Source: a virus (lineage: Duplodnaviria > Heunggongvirae > Uroviricota > Caudoviricetes). From it: a stretch of DNA of 46,124 nucleotides. The stretch is taken from IMG/VR virus record IMGVR_UViG_2547132255_000002; one strand, written 5' to 3'. Below, piece by piece: positions 9,146-18,703 of this stretch. Both the position numbers and the translations under genes were made by a program. How positions within the stretch are numbered: position 1 is the stretch's first letter; each line of letters starts with the position of its first letter. Under the pieces are notes generated by a model. That model was given only the letters and a program-made list of their open reading frames with translations. It did not search any database and was not told the DNA's origin.

Positions 9146-9176
9146 GCCCTTCTTCAGGGCTTAATTTTTAAGAGCC
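9146..9176 (-). promoter_or_regulatory. nutL (boxB hairpin plus boxA)
   Basis: Minus strand reads boxA GGCTCTTA (lambda CGCTCTTA), AAAATTAA spacer, boxB GCCCTGAAGAAGGGC, identical to recalled lambda nutL. Confidence 0.85.
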
Positions 9177-9208
9177 TCACCTTCATGGTGGTCAGTGCGT
9201 CCTGCTGA

Positions 9209-9244
9209 TGGCTAAATAGTACGATTTGTACTTTATCGAGTCAA
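9209..9244 (-). promoter_or_regulatory. pL promoter (-35 TTGACT, 17-bp spacer, -10 TACTAT)
   Basis: Minus strand TTGACT-N17-TACTAT-ttagcc-ATCAGCAGGACGCACTGACC; the transcribed leader matches lambda pL. Confidence 0.75.
9218..9232. promoter_or_regulatory. Operator-like 15-bp palindrome in oL
   Basis: AGTACGATTTGTACT; 13 of 15 bp shared with a site in oR (10097-10111, reverse complement AATACGATATGTACT). Confidence 0.55.
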
Positions 9245-9369
9245 TACAAAATGTTCTAAATATAACTACTTTTTTATAACGCTTTGTATTTAATGGGTTT
9301 ATATTTTGGAAAAAGAAAACCCGACGCTAAGGTCGGGTTATTGTTGTGTGTTTTAGAGTGGTGAGGCTG

Positions 9370-10029
9370 TTAACTAAATGTCTCTTCAGGCCACTGGCTG
9401 GCGATAACTTTCCCTACTACGGAACAGCTATCATTGCATGGAATCATTGGATATTGCGGGTTTAGTGGCTGTAGGAACACCTGACCGCTATCCCTGATCA
9501 GTTTCTTGAAGGTAAACTCGTCACCACCAAGTCTGGCTATGCAGAAATCACCTGGCTCAACAGCCTGCTCGGGGTCAACGAGAATTAACATCCCGTCAGG
9601 AAAGCTTGGCTTCGATCCTGTTGGCGCGGTCATGGAATTACCTTCAACTTCAAGCCAAAACGCACAATCACTGGCTTTTTTGGTTGTGCTGACCCATCTC
9701 TCCGCATCACCTTTGGTAAAGGTTCTAAGCTCAGGCGAGAACATCCCTGCCTGAACATGAGAAAAAACAGGGTACTCATATTGTTTTTTAACGGGGGCAG
9801 ATGAGTATTCGCCAACAGGTGAAAATGTACCGTCGTGGTTGAATGAGACGTTATCAATACCAAGGTATTTAAACACCACACCAATCTCGTCAAGAGATGG
9901 ATGACGAGATCCGCGCAACCAGTGACCAATTCCACCCTGCGTCATACCAAGCTCTTCAGCTAACTTCTCTTGAGTTATGCCGAGCTCTTTCATTCTGGAT
10001 CTAGCCAGTTCATACCATTTCATTTTCAT
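9370..10029 (-). CDS. cI: CI repressor, chimeric: foreign HTH N-terminal domain plus lambda-type S24 C-terminal domain
   Basis: From [39 protein letters not shown] to the end matches lambda cI; N-terminal ~95 aa ([33 protein letters not shown]...) does not. Confidence 0.9.
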   Translation of the reverse strand: MKMKWYELARSRMKELGITQEKLAEELGMTQGGIGHWLRGSRHPSLDEIGVVFKYLGIDNVSFNHDGTFSPVGEYSSAPVKKQYEYPVFSHVQAGMFSPELRTFTKGDAERWVSTTKKASDCAFWLEVEGNSMTAPTGSKPSFPDGMLILVDPEQAVEPGDFCIARLGGDEFTFKKLIRDSGQVFLQPLNPQYPMIPCNDSCSVVGKVIASQWPEETFS

Positions 10030-10084
10030 ACCCTTATTATTACGCTCTGTACTAAAACCATCCATGCACAAGATGTATTTTTAT

Positions 10085-10113
10085 TTGCATTCTAAAAGTA
10101 CATATCGTATTAT
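10085..10113 (+). promoter_or_regulatory. pR promoter (-35 TTGCAT, 17-bp spacer, -10 TATTAT)
   Basis: Consensus-like hexamers 27-55 bp upstream of the cro start; the spacer contains the oR palindrome. Confidence 0.6.
10097..10111. promoter_or_regulatory. Operator-like palindrome in oR
   Basis: AGTACATATCGTATT, reverse complement near-identical to the oL site. Confidence 0.55.
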
Positions 10114-10139
10114 TGCTTCATGGTTACTATGGAGGGCAT

Positions 10140-10355
10140 ATGAGCAACCTACGAAAATATCGAGAGTCACTGAATATCTCTCAAACAACACTTGCTAAGG
10201 CAGTTGGATGCACACAGGGAGCTATCGGACATTGGGAATCTGGTCGTCGCTTCCCAGACCTTAAAACATGCCGTGCTCTTGTTGAGTGCCTAAACAAGTT
10301 AGGCGCAAAAGTCAGTCTTGATGACGTGTTCCCGCCGGAACACAAAGCCGCTTAA
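10140..10355 (+). CDS. cro: Cro-like HTH repressor (XRE family, non-lambda)
   Basis: 71 aa MSNLRKYRESLNISQTTLAKAVGCTQGAIGHWESG...; RBS GGAGGG; divergent from cI. Confidence 0.8.
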   Translation: MSNLRKYRESLNISQTTLAKAVGCTQGAIGHWESGRRFPDLKTCRALVECLNKLGAKVSLDDVFPPEHKAA

Positions 10356-10364
10356 GACATTCCA

Positions 10365-10395
10365 GCTCTTACACATCACAGCCCTGAAAAAGGGC
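10365..10395 (+). promoter_or_regulatory. nutR (boxA GCTCTTACA, boxB GCCCTGAAAAAGGGC)
   Basis: Matches recalled lambda nutR; followed by lambda-like tR1 region and cII leader. Confidence 0.85.
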
Positions 10396-10473
10396 ATCAA
10401 TTAAACCACACCTATGGTGTATGCATTTATTTGCATACATTCAATCAATTGTTATCTAAGGAAATACTTACAT

Positions 10474-10767
10474 ATGGTTCGTGCAAACAAACGCAACGAG
10501 GCTCTACGAATCGAGAGTGCGTTGCTTAACAAAATCGCAATGCTTGGAACTGAGAAGACAGCGGAAGCTGTGGGAGTTGATAAGTCGCAGATCAGCAGGT
10601 GGAAGAGGGACTGGATTCCAAAGTTCTCAATGCTGCTTGCTGTTCTTGAATGGGGTGTCGTTGACGACGACATGGCCCGATTGGCACGACAAGTTGCTTC
10701 GATTCTCACCAATAAAAAACGCCCGGCGGCAACCGAGCGTTCTGATCAAATACAAATGGAATTTTAA
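10474..10767 (+). CDS. cII: Transcriptional activator CII (lambda type)
   Basis: MVRANKRNEALRIESALLNKIAMLGTEKTAEAVGVDKSQISRWKRDWIPKFSMLLAVLEWGVVDDDMARLARQVA... matches lambda CII. Confidence 0.95.
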   Translation: MVRANKRNEALRIESALLNKIAMLGTEKTAEAVGVDKSQISRWKRDWIPKFSMLLAVLEWGVVDDDMARLARQVASILTNKKRPAATERSDQIQMEF

Positions 10768-10789
10768 CAACATCCAGCGAGGTAATTAT

Positions 10790-11062
10790 ATGCGAAACAA
10801 AGGCTTTAATCCACCTGATACACACAAAGAAGTTAAGCGTTTGCGCTTCCTTCGTTCCATTGATGAAAGAACTCAAATCTCTTTTGTGAAAGTTGCCAGA
10901 ACTGAGCTTCTGAAGGCTGAGGCGAGGGCGTTGCTCCCGTCTCTACCAAAAGAGGAGGGATATACGTTCATTCCAAACGCATTTCTGGAAAAGCTGCTCA
11001 AAGAAGACATATCCGTAAGTCAGTTTAACGATGTTCTTAAGGTCTTTCGTCAAGGCAGGTAG
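10790..11062 (+). CDS. Hypothetical protein between cII and the replication initiator
   Basis: 90 aa from ATG 10790 (MRNKGFNPPDTHKEVKRLRFL...) with RBS GAGGT; stop 2 nt before the initiator start. Confidence 0.5.
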   Translation: MRNKGFNPPDTHKEVKRLRFLRSIDERTQISFVKVARTELLKAEARALLPSLPKEEGYTFIPNAFLEKLLKEDISVSQFNDVLKVFRQGR

Positions 11063-11064
11063 TT

Positions 11065-12011
11065 ATGAGCAATACAGCAAAAATCTACGATTTCAGCGCC
11101 GCACACGAGCGCAGGAGCAACAGGATGGAGAACCAGAAAACTGGTTACATTCCGTTGTACCGGAGCATTCTGAAACAGTCATGGGCGAAAGATGTTTATC
11201 TTCGCACCCTGTGGGAAAACCTTCTCCTGAATGCCGCCAGAAAGCCATACAAAGCGAATTTCAAAGGTCATGAATGGCATCTGCAACCCGGTCAACTGGT
11301 TGTGACAGCAGCTGATTTAGGTCTTCAGTTATGCGACAGGCATGGCAAGCCGGCAAGCCGTGATCAGGTTGAGCGGATGCTTCAGGTTTTTGTGAAAGAG
11401 GGGATGATCTCCATTGATGGAGAGAAGCAAAAAGGTCGTGTGATCACCATCACAAATTACCATGAATATGCTCAAAAAATGGACGATTCACCCGCACATG
11501 AAGCCGCACAAACAACCGCACATGATGCCGCACATGATGAAGCCAGTAATGGCGCGGCATTCAGCGTACATGCCGCACATGAAAGCGCACATGAAGCCGC
11601 ACAAACAACCGCACATCATGAACAAGAAGGTATTAACAAGAATATAAATAATACCCCCTACCCCCCAATGGGGGAGGCGATGGGCAGGTTAAACCTGAAC
11701 GTCGCAAGGCAGAACGCATCGACTACGAATCCTTCCTGAACGCCTACAACACCGAAGTCGGTGACAGACTTCCACACGCTGTTGCGGTCAACGAGAAACG
11801 CAAACGCCGCCTGAAGAAAATCATCCCGCAACTGAAAACGCCAAACGTGGACGGTTTCAGAGCGTATGTCAGGGCGTTTGTGCATCAGGCCAAGCCGTTT
11901 TACTTCGGAGACAACGACACGGGCTGGACGGCAGATTTTGATTACCTGCTGAGGGAAGATTCGTTAACGGGAGTTCGGGAAGGGAAGTTTGCAGACAGGG
12001 GGATTGCATGA
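11065..12011 (+). pseudogene. Replication initiator (lambda O / P22 gp18-like), frame interrupted by an apparent 1-nt deletion near 11654-11674
   Basis: Frame-1 ORF 11065-11739 carries the N-terminal domain and the iterons; a start-less frame-3 ORF 11652-12011 carries a C-terminal domain ending in ATGA overlap with the helicase start. Confidence 0.6.
11491..11620. repeat. Origin iterons (about six copies of CCGCACATGA) inside the initiator gene, followed by an AT-rich tract
   Basis: Direct repeats at about 11492, 11516, 11528, 11571, 11586, 11609; AT-rich 11621-11653; lambda-ori-like architecture. Confidence 0.75.
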
Positions 12012-13384
12012 AACAGGATATCGAAGCGAGCGTTATCGGTGGCCTGCTGATTGGTGGATTAACACCGACTGCCAGTGACGTTCTGGCAACGCTTGAGCCG
12101 GAAGCGTTTTCAATTCCGCTCTACCGGAAAGCCTTCGAGGTTATCCGCAAGCAGGCGAGAAACAGAAACCTAATCGACGCGCTGATGGTTGCCGAGGCGT
12201 GCGGAGAGGAGCATTTCACGTCAATCCTGATGACCAGCAAAAACTGCCCGAGCGCCGCAAACCTGAAGGGATATGCCGGAATGGTCGCGGATAACTATCA
12301 CCGCCGTCTGGTGCTGGAAATCATGGATGAAATGCGTGAACCAATTCAGAGCGGAACCATCGACACATCGAGTCAGGCGATGGATGAGCTTGTAAAGCGT
12401 CTCTCAGCCATCAGAAAGCCCCGTGACGAGGTTAAACCGGTACGGTTAGGGGAAATCATCACTGACTACACCGACACGCTTGACAGGCGTCTGAGGAACG
12501 GAGAAGAGTCAGATACCCTGAAGACCGGAATCGAAGAACTTGATGCCATCACCGGAGGGATGAACGCAGAAGACCTTGTGATAATCGCTGCTCGTCCTGG
12601 TATGGGGAAAACCGAACTGGCGCTGAAGATTGCCGAAGGTGTTGCAAGCCGCGTTATTCCTGGTTCTGACGTCCGGAGCGGAGTATTGATTTTCTCAATG
12701 GAAATGAGCGCATTGCAGATTGCAGAGCGAAGCATTGCCAACGCCGGGAGGATGTCAGTTAGCGTGCTGCGAAATCCTGCATCGATGGATGACGAAGGCT
12801 GGGCGCGTGTTGCTAACGGCATGAGTCAGCTTGCAGATTTGGATGTGTGGGTAGTCGATGCCTCGCGGTTATCGGTCGAAGAAATTCGCTCAATCGCAGA
12901 ACGGCACAAACAGGAAAATCCAAACCTGTCACTCATCATGGTGGATTATCTTGGCCTGATTGAGAAGCCGAAAGCAGACCGCAACGACCTCGCAATTGCT
13001 CACATCTCCGGAAGCCTGAAGGCGATGGCGAAAGACCTGAAAACGCCTGTTATCTCCCTAAGTCAACTTTCGCGCGATGTTGAGAAGCGACCAAACAAAC
13101 GCCCGACAAACGCAGATTTGCGTGATTCAGGAAGCATTGAACAGGACGCAGACTCAATCATCATGCTCTATCGGGAAGCGGTATATGACGAGAACAGTAG
13201 CGCCGCGCCATTTGCTGAAATCATCGTGACGAAAAACCGTTTTGGCTCGCTTGGTACGGTTTACCAGCGGTTCTGCAACGGACACTTTGTTGCATGTGAC
13301 CAGGATGAAGCCAGACAGATTTGCACAGCATCAAATGCACCTGCTGCACGTGGCAGACGATATGCACAAGGGGCTGACGTATGA
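12008..13384 (+). CDS. Replicative DNA helicase, DnaB-like (P22 gp12-type)
   Basis: 458 aa; Walker A GMGKTE in [13 protein letters not shown] and DnaB-like C-terminal motifs. Confidence 0.9.
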   Translation: MKQDIEASVIGGLLIGGLTPTASDVLATLEPEAFSIPLYRKAFEVIRKQARNRNLIDALMVAEACGEEHFTSILMTSKNCPSAANLKGYAGMVADNYHRRLVLEIMDEMREPIQSGTIDTSSQAMDELVKRLSAIRKPRDEVKPVRLGEIITDYTDTLDRRLRNGEESDTLKTGIEELDAITGGMNAEDLVIIAARPGMGKTELALKIAEGVASRVIPGSDVRSGVLIFSMEMSALQIAERSIANAGRMSVSVLRNPASMDDEGWARVANGMSQLADLDVWVVDASRLSVEEIRSIAERHKQENPNLSLIMVDYLGLIEKPKADRNDLAIAHISGSLKAMAKDLKTPVISLSQLSRDVEKRPNKRPTNADLRDSGSIEQDADSIIMLYREAVYDENSSAAPFAEIIVTKNRFGSLGTVYQRFCNGHFVACDQDEARQICTASNAPAARGRRYAQGADV

Positions 13385-13457
13385 CCATCTACATCACTGA
13401 GCTAATAACAGGCCTGCTGGTAATCGCAGGCCTTTTTATTTGGGGGAGAGGGAAGTC

Positions 13458-13898
13458 ATGAAAAAACTAACCTTTGAAATTCGATCTCCAGCACATCAGC
13501 AAAACGCTATTCACGCAGTACAGCAAATCCTTCCAGACCCAACCAAACCAATCGTAGTAACCATTCAGGAACGCAACCGCAGCTTAGACCAAAACAGGAA
13601 GCTATGGGCCTGCTTAGGTGACGTCTCTCGTCAGGTTGAATGGCATGGTCGCTGGCTGGATGCAGAAAGCTGGAAGTGTGTGTTTACCGCAGCATTAAAG
13701 CAGCAGGATGTTGTTCCTAACCTTGCCGGGAATGGCTTTGTGGTAATAGGCCAGTCAACCAGCAGGATGCGTGTAGGCGAATTTGCGGAGCTATTAGAGC
13801 TTATACAGGCATTCGGTACAGAGCGTGGCGTTAAGTGGTCAGACGAAGCGAGACTGGCTCTGGAGTGGAAAGCAAGATGGGGAGACAGGGCGGCATGA
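13458..13898 (+). CDS. ninB: Recombination protein NinB
   Basis: [56 protein letters not shown]... matches lambda NinB. Confidence 0.9.
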   Translation: MKKLTFEIRSPAHQQNAIHAVQQILPDPTKPIVVTIQERNRSLDQNRKLWACLGDVSRQVEWHGRWLDAESWKCVFTAALKQQDVVPNLAGNGFVVIGQSTSRMRVGEFAELLELIQAFGTERGVKWSDEARLALEWKARWGDRAA

Positions 13899-14071
13899 GG
13901 CGACAGCGACGAAGTATCACCGACATCATCTGCGAAAACTGCAAATACCTTCCAACGAAACGCTCCAGAAATAAACGCAAGCCAATCCCAAAAGAATCTG
14001 ACGTAAAAACCTTCAACTACACGGCTCACCTGTGGGATATCCGGTGGCTAAGACATCGTGCGAGGAAATGA
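13896..14071 (+). CDS. Small nin-region protein (NinD-like?)
   Basis: 58-aa [30 protein letters not shown]...; start overlaps ninB stop and stop overlaps methylase start. Confidence 0.5.
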
Positions 14072-15018
14072 CGATGACTGCGTATTACAACGAAATAGAT
14101 CCGTATGCAGCGCAATGGCTGCGTAACTTAATTGACGCTGGAGAAATTGCCCCCGGTTATGTAGATGAAAGGAGTATTGAAGATGTCACTCCAGGTGATT
14201 TGCGAGGATTTACCCAGCACCACTTTTTTGCAGGAATCGGAGTTTGGAGCTATGCACTTAGAAAAGCAGGATGGCCAGACAACAAGAGTATCTGGACAGG
14301 AAGTTGCCCATGCCAACCTTTCAGCTCGGCAGGCAAAGGAAAAGGGGTTGATGACGAGCGGCACTTATGGCCGGCATTCTTCTGGCTTATTGAAAAATGC
14401 AATCCTGGCATCGTTATTGGCGAACAGGTTGCAAGCGCAGACGGCCTCGCTTGGCTCGACCTTGTACAAACTGACTTGGAAGGTGCGAACTACACCTCTG
14501 CAGGTACCGATATTTGCGCTGCGGGCTTCGGTTCTCCGCACATTAGGCAGCGATTGTATTGGGTGGCCTACTCCAACGACAAATATCAACTTTCAGCCAG
14601 AGACGCGCAGGGGAATTCAGAACCTATCTGGATGCGTGAGACTAGCGGGATGGCAAACTCCTTTAGCGAACGATGCAACAGGTTCAACGCATTGCTACAG
14701 CGGAAAAGACAAGAGCGGAACCCCAAGAATCTGCTTGAAACTTCCCGGGACGGTGAAGCTATGTACCCATTACCGGTTAACGGCTTCTGGAGAGATGCAG
14801 ACTGGCTTTACTGTAGAGATGAAAAATATCGTCCAGTTAGACCCGGCTCATTCCCGATGGTTAATGGCATTGCCAAAAGCTTGGGACGAGGCAAGTCCAC
14901 ACTGGGAAGAATGGCAAAGCGCAATCAAGATCAGCGAATTATTGGATATGGAAACGCAATCAATGCAGAAGTAGCAACGGCATTCGTGAAAGTTTGTATG
15001 GAGGTTGTTAATGCTTAG
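14068..15018 (+). CDS. DNA (cytosine-5)-methyltransferase, orphan
   Basis: Motif [10 protein letters not shown], catalytic PCQ in [16 protein letters not shown], motif VI-like [13 protein letters not shown]; no adjacent restriction endonuclease. Confidence 0.85.
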   Translation: MTMTAYYNEIDPYAAQWLRNLIDAGEIAPGYVDERSIEDVTPGDLRGFTQHHFFAGIGVWSYALRKAGWPDNKSIWTGSCPCQPFSSAGKGKGVDDERHLWPAFFWLIEKCNPGIVIGEQVASADGLAWLDLVQTDLEGANYTSAGTDICAAGFGSPHIRQRLYWVAYSNDKYQLSARDAQGNSEPIWMRETSGMANSFSERCNRFNALLQRKRQERNPKNLLETSRDGEAMYPLPVNGFWRDADWLYCRDEKYRPVRPGSFPMVNGIAKSLGRGKSTLGRMAKRNQDQRIIGYGNAINAEVATAFVKVCMEVVNA

Positions 15019-15187
15019 CCCATCCCAATCCATTCAATACCAGAAAGAAAGCGTCGAGCGGGCTTTAACGTGCGCTAACTGCGGTCAGAAGCTGCATGTG
15101 CTGGAAGTTCACGTGTGTGAGCACTGCTGCGCAGAACTGATGAGCGATCCGAATAGCTCAATGTACGAGGAAGAAGACGATGAGTGA
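15005..15187 (+). CDS. Small Cys-rich nin-region protein (NinE-like?)
   Basis: 60 aa with CxxC...CxxCC (CANCGQKLHVLEVHVCEHCC), acidic tail. Confidence 0.5.
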   Translation: MLMLSPSQSIQYQKESVERALTCANCGQKLHVLEVHVCEHCCAELMSDPNSSMYEEEDDE

Positions 15188-15449
15188 TTTCTCTGAGCTT
15201 ATTTCCTTCAAAAAAGACAGAGAAGAAATGCAGACTGAATCTGTCTATTACGTTCAACACCGGAATAAACGCTCGGTGCTTGATCAGGAGCTGGTTATTA
15301 CCGGAGACCTGGCATTCAGAACATATAAGGCCAGAATGGAAATGAAGGATTTCCCTAAATGTGGTTCTGAAAGAGAAGCCGCGTTAAAGCTGGCAGAGTG
15401 GATGCAGAGAATGGCTGCTGCAATTGAGAATTACTGGAGCGAACCATAA
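15180..15449 (+). CDS. Hypothetical nin-region protein
   Basis: 89-aa ORF, start overlaps preceding stop; stop overlaps ninG start. Confidence 0.5.
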   Translation: MSDFSELISFKKDREEMQTESVYYVQHRNKRSVLDQELVITGDLAFRTYKARMEMKDFPKCGSEREAALKLAEWMQRMAAAIENYWSEP

Positions 15450-16060
15450 TGGCTAAACCAGCGCGAAGACGATGTAAAAACGATGAATGTCGGGAATGGT
15501 TTCACCCTGCATTCGCTAATCAGTGGTGGTGCTCTCCAGAGTGTGGAACAAAGATAGCACTCGAACGACGAAGCAAACAGCGCAAAAAAGCGGAAAAAGC
15601 AGCAGAGAAGAAACGACGACGAGAGGAGCAGAAACAGAAAGATAAACTGAAGATTCGAAAACTCGCCTTAAAGCCCCGCAGTTACTGGATTAAACAAGCC
15701 CAACAAGCCGTAAACGCCTTCATCAGAGAAAGAGACCGCGACTTACCATGTATCTCGTGCGGAACGCTCACGTCTGCTCAGTGGGATGCCGGACATTACC
15801 GGACAACTGCTGCGGCACCTCAACTCCGATTTGATGAACGCAATATTCACAAGCAATGCGTGGTGTGCAACCAGCACAAAAGCGGAAATCTCGTTCCGTA
15901 TCGCGTCGAACTGATTAGCCGCATCGGGCAGGAAGCAGTAGACGAAATCGAATCAAACCATAACCGCCATCGCTGGACTGTCGAAGAGTGCAAGGCGATC
16001 AAGGAAGAGTACCAACAGAAACTTAAAAAACTGCGAAATAGCAGAAGTGAGGCTGCATGA
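15449..16060 (+). CDS. ninG: NinG (Rap-like recombination protein)
   Basis: 203 aa, N-terminal Cys cluster ([24 protein letters not shown]) and basic linker as in lambda NinG. Confidence 0.85.
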   Translation: MAKPARRRCKNDECREWFHPAFANQWWCSPECGTKIALERRSKQRKKAEKAAEKKRRREEQKQKDKLKIRKLALKPRSYWIKQAQQAVNAFIRERDRDLPCISCGTLTSAQWDAGHYRTTAAAPQLRFDERNIHKQCVVCNQHKSGNLVPYRVELISRIGQEAVDEIESNHNRHRWTVEECKAIKEEYQQKLKKLRNSRSEAA

Positions 16061-16911
16061 CGTTCTCAGTAAAAACCATTCCAGACATGCTCGTTGAAGC
16101 ATATGGAAACCAGACAGAAGTAGCACGCAGACTGAAATGTAGTCGCGTTACGGTCAGAAAATACGTTGATGATAAAGACGGGAAAATGCACGCCATCGTC
16201 AACGACGTTCTCATGGTTCATCGCGGATGGAGTGAAAGAGATGGCTATTACGAAAAAATTGATGGCAGCAAATACCGAAATATTTGGGTAGTTGGCGATC
16301 TGCACGGATGCTACACGAACCTGATGAAAAAACTGGAGACGATAGGATTCGACACCAAAAAAGACCTGCTTATCTCGGTTGGCGATTTGGTTGATCGTGG
16401 TGCAGAGAACGTTGAATGCCTGGAATTAATCACATTCCCCTGGTTCAGAGCTGTACGTGGAAACCATGAGCACATGATGATTGATGGCTTATCAGAGCGT
16501 GGAAACGTCAATCACTGGCTGCTTAATGGCGGTGGCTGGTTCTTTAATCTCGATTACGACAAAGAAATTCTGGCTAAAGCTCTTGCCCATAAAGCAGATG
16601 AACTTCCGTTAATCATCGAGCTGGTGAGCAAAGATAAAAAATATGTCATTTGCCACGCCGATTATCCTTGTAACGAATACGAGTTTGGAAAGCCAGTTGA
16701 TCATCAGCAGGTAATCTGGAACCGCGAACGACTCAGCAACTCACAAGACGGGATCGTGAAAGAAATCAAAGGCGCGGACACGTTCATCTTTGGTCATACG
16801 CCAGCAGTGAAACCACTCAAATTTGCCAACCAGATGTATATCGATACCGGCGCAGTGTTCTGCGGAAACCTCACATTGATTCAGGTACAGGGAGAAGGCG
16901 CGTGGGCATAA
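16057..16911 (+). CDS. ninI: NinH-NinI in-frame fusion ORF (NinI = Ser/Thr protein phosphatase)
   Basis: First ~63 aa match lambda NinH; the remainder ([23 protein letters not shown]...GNHE...) matches the lambda phosphatase; the separate ninI start frame terminates after 17 codons. Confidence 0.8.
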   Translation: MTFSVKTIPDMLVEAYGNQTEVARRLKCSRVTVRKYVDDKDGKMHAIVNDVLMVHRGWSERDGYYEKIDGSKYRNIWVVGDLHGCYTNLMKKLETIGFDTKKDLLISVGDLVDRGAENVECLELITFPWFRAVRGNHEHMMIDGLSERGNVNHWLLNGGGWFFNLDYDKEILAKALAHKADELPLIIELVSKDKKYVICHADYPCNEYEFGKPVDHQQVIWNRERLSNSQDGIVKEIKGADTFIFGHTPAVKPLKFANQMYIDTGAVFCGNLTLIQVQGEGAWA

Positions 16912-17420
16912 GAGAACTAAACCTCACCAAAGAACAGCATGAGTGGCTGAATGGCTGGCTTGAACTGTGGGGCGCATGGGTTTATTCAGGTCGTCTGGAA
17001 AAGCGCATGAGCAGCGTAATAGCGAAGTTCATGGAGAGCGTAGAGCCGGGAAGAGTTATGACAAGGCCAATGTGTAATGATGATGATGGAATGTTGATTT
17101 CTCAGGTCGTCGATTCCGTCATGTACATTGACAAGAAAGCCTTTGGCATCCTCCTCAGCTACTACGCTCATGGTTCATCTAAGCGAGCAATTGCATCCTA
17201 CTATCACGCGACTGCAAAGCCACGCAAGATGTGTGGACGTGGTGGCGAGGGATGGAGAAAACCTTCACTGGCAACCTGTAGAAACGAAATTGACGACATC
17301 CTGAAAGCGTCGTTATTTGTTTTGTACCAGCCAATGCAAAATGCTTTCAAAATGCGTAAACGTGTTGAGAAAGTTAAGCATGTTGCTGTTAAAAGCCTTG
17401 ACATGCAATTATCCATTTAG
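16902..17420 (+). CDS. Q: Late antiterminator Q (QuuD / phage 82-type, not lambda Q)
   Basis: 172 aa from GTG with RBS GGAGAAGG; [11 protein letters not shown] and [11 protein letters not shown] resemble the QuuD family; position before pR' and the lysis genes. Confidence 0.7.
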   Translation: MGIRELNLTKEQHEWLNGWLELWGAWVYSGRLEKRMSSVIAKFMESVEPGRVMTRPMCNDDDGMLISQVVDSVMYIDKKAFGILLSYYAHGSSKRAIASYYHATAKPRKMCGRGGEGWRKPSLATCRNEIDDILKASLFVLYQPMQNAFKMRKRVEKVKHVAVKSLDMQLSI

Positions 17421-17428
17421 CCATAATT
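17399..17428 (+). promoter_or_regulatory. Late promoter pR' (-35 TTGACA, -10 CATAAT)
   Basis: Consensus -35 with 18-bp spacer overlapping the end of Q. Confidence 0.6.
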
Positions 17429-17440
17429 AGAAGGTAAGCT

Positions 17441-17480
17441 GCCGTTAGTGACTCTTAAGTTGCAACGGTGGCTTTTTTTG
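17441..17480 (+). terminator. tR'-like intrinsic terminator
   Basis: Hairpin (GCCGTT...AACGGTGGC) followed by TTTTTTTGTTTG; sequence then rejoins the lambda late leader (GCACAACAGGTAAGAGCATTGA...). Confidence 0.6.
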
Positions 17481-17919
17481 TTTGCACAACAGGTAAGAGC
17501 ATTGAACCCTCAGACCTCGCGGAATTGGTGAAAGGTGCCGCGCAGTGCTCTTATCGTTGTGGTGAATGCACAGGCTGATGTGTAAGGGCAAGAATCTTTC
17601 GCTGGATTCGGTGTGGCCACGTAGCCCGCTGTAGGCAGTTGCAGCAAACCGGAGATCAGCACCGGTCGCCACAATCCAAACTGAGCCGTAGCCACTGGCT
17701 ATCCTGAACTCATCAGTGATAGTTATGCTGCGGCCTTCTACATATGACCTTCGTGAAAGCGGGTGGCAAGAGGCTGCGCTAACAACCTCATGCCGTTTTG
17801 CCCGTGCATATCGGTCACGAACAAATCTGATTACTAAACACAGTAGCCTGGATTTGTTCTATCAGTAATCGACCTTATTCCTAATTAAATAGAGCAAATC
17901 CCCTTATTGGGGGTAAGAC

Positions 17920-18243
17920 ATGAAGATGCCAGAAAAACATGACCTGTTAGCCGCCATTCTCGCGGCAAAGGAACAAGGCATCGGGGCAATCCTTGCGTTT
18001 GCAATGGCGTACCTTCGCGGCAGATATAATGGCGGTGCGTTTACAAAAACAGTAATCGACGCAACGATGTGCGCCATTATCGCCTGGTTCATTCGTGACC
18101 TTCTCGACTTCGCCGGACTAAGTAGCAATCTCGCTTATATAACGAGCGTGTTCATCGGCTACATCGGCACTGACTCGATTGGTTCGCTTATCAAACGCTT
18201 CGCTGCTAAAAAAGCCGGAGTAGAAGATGGTGGAAATCAATAA
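17920..18243 (+). CDS. S: Holin S (lambda type, dual-start MKM)
   Basis: 107 aa [43 protein letters not shown]... matches lambda S. Confidence 0.95.
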   Translation: MKMPEKHDLLAAILAAKEQGIGAILAFAMAYLRGRYNGGAFTKTVIDATMCAIIAWFIRDLLDFAGLSSNLAYITSVFIGYIGTDSIGSLIKRFAAKKAGVEDGGNQ

Positions 18244-18703
18244 TCAACGTAAGGCGTTCCTCGATATGCTGGCGTGGTCAGAGGGAACTGATAACGGACG
18301 TCAGAAAACCAGAAATCATGGTTATGACGTCATTGTTGGCGGAGAGCTATTCACTGATTACTCAGATCACCCTCGCAAACTTGTCACGCTAAACCCCAAA
18401 CTCAAATCAACAGCAGCCGGACGTTACCAGCTTCTTTCCCGTTGGTGGGATGCCTATCGTAAGCAGCTTGGCCTGAAAGACTTCTCTCCCAAAAGCCAGG
18501 ACGCTGTTGCGCTGCAGCAGATTAAGGAGCGTGGCGCTTTGCCGATGATTGATCGCGGTGATATCCGTCAGGCTATCGACCGTTGCAGCAATATCTGGGC
18601 TTCACTGCCGGGCGCTGGTTATGGTCAGTTCGAGCATAAGGCTGACAGCCTGATTGCAAAATTCAAAGAAGCAGGCGGAACGGTCAGAGAGATTGAGGTA
18701 TGA
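18227..18703 (+). CDS. R: Endolysin R (lytic transglycosylase)
   Basis: 158 aa [42 protein letters not shown]... matches lambda R. Confidence 0.95.
   Translation: MVEINNQRKAFLDMLAWSEGTDNGRQKTRNHGYDVIVGGELFTDYSDHPRKLVTLNPKLKSTAAGRYQLLSRWWDAYRKQLGLKDFSPKSQDAVALQQIKERGALPMIDRGDIRQAIDRCSNIWASLPGAGYGQFEHKADSLIAKFKEAGGTVREIEV

Noticed and set aside
9121-9369. rexA/rexB-type exclusion genes between cI and N
   Set aside because: Only ~380 bp separate N and cI and it is filled by nutL, pL and operators; no ORF present
10481-10789. N-terminal 103 codons of the 193-aa ORF overlapping cII in another frame
   Set aside because: cII occupies this DNA in a confirmed frame; only the part downstream of ATG 10790 is plausible as a separate gene
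11462-11647. 61-aa His/Met/Pro-rich ORF (MNMLKKWTIHPHMKPHKQPHMM...)
   Set aside because: Alternative-frame reading of the iteron repeats inside the initiator gene; the repetitive peptide is a by-product of the DNA repeats
17481-17919. Possible tRNA genes downstream of Q, as seen in some lambdoid (for example Stx) phages
   Set aside because: No cloverleaf-compatible segment or T-loop GTTCGAATC-type motif found; the region matches the lambda untranslated late leader
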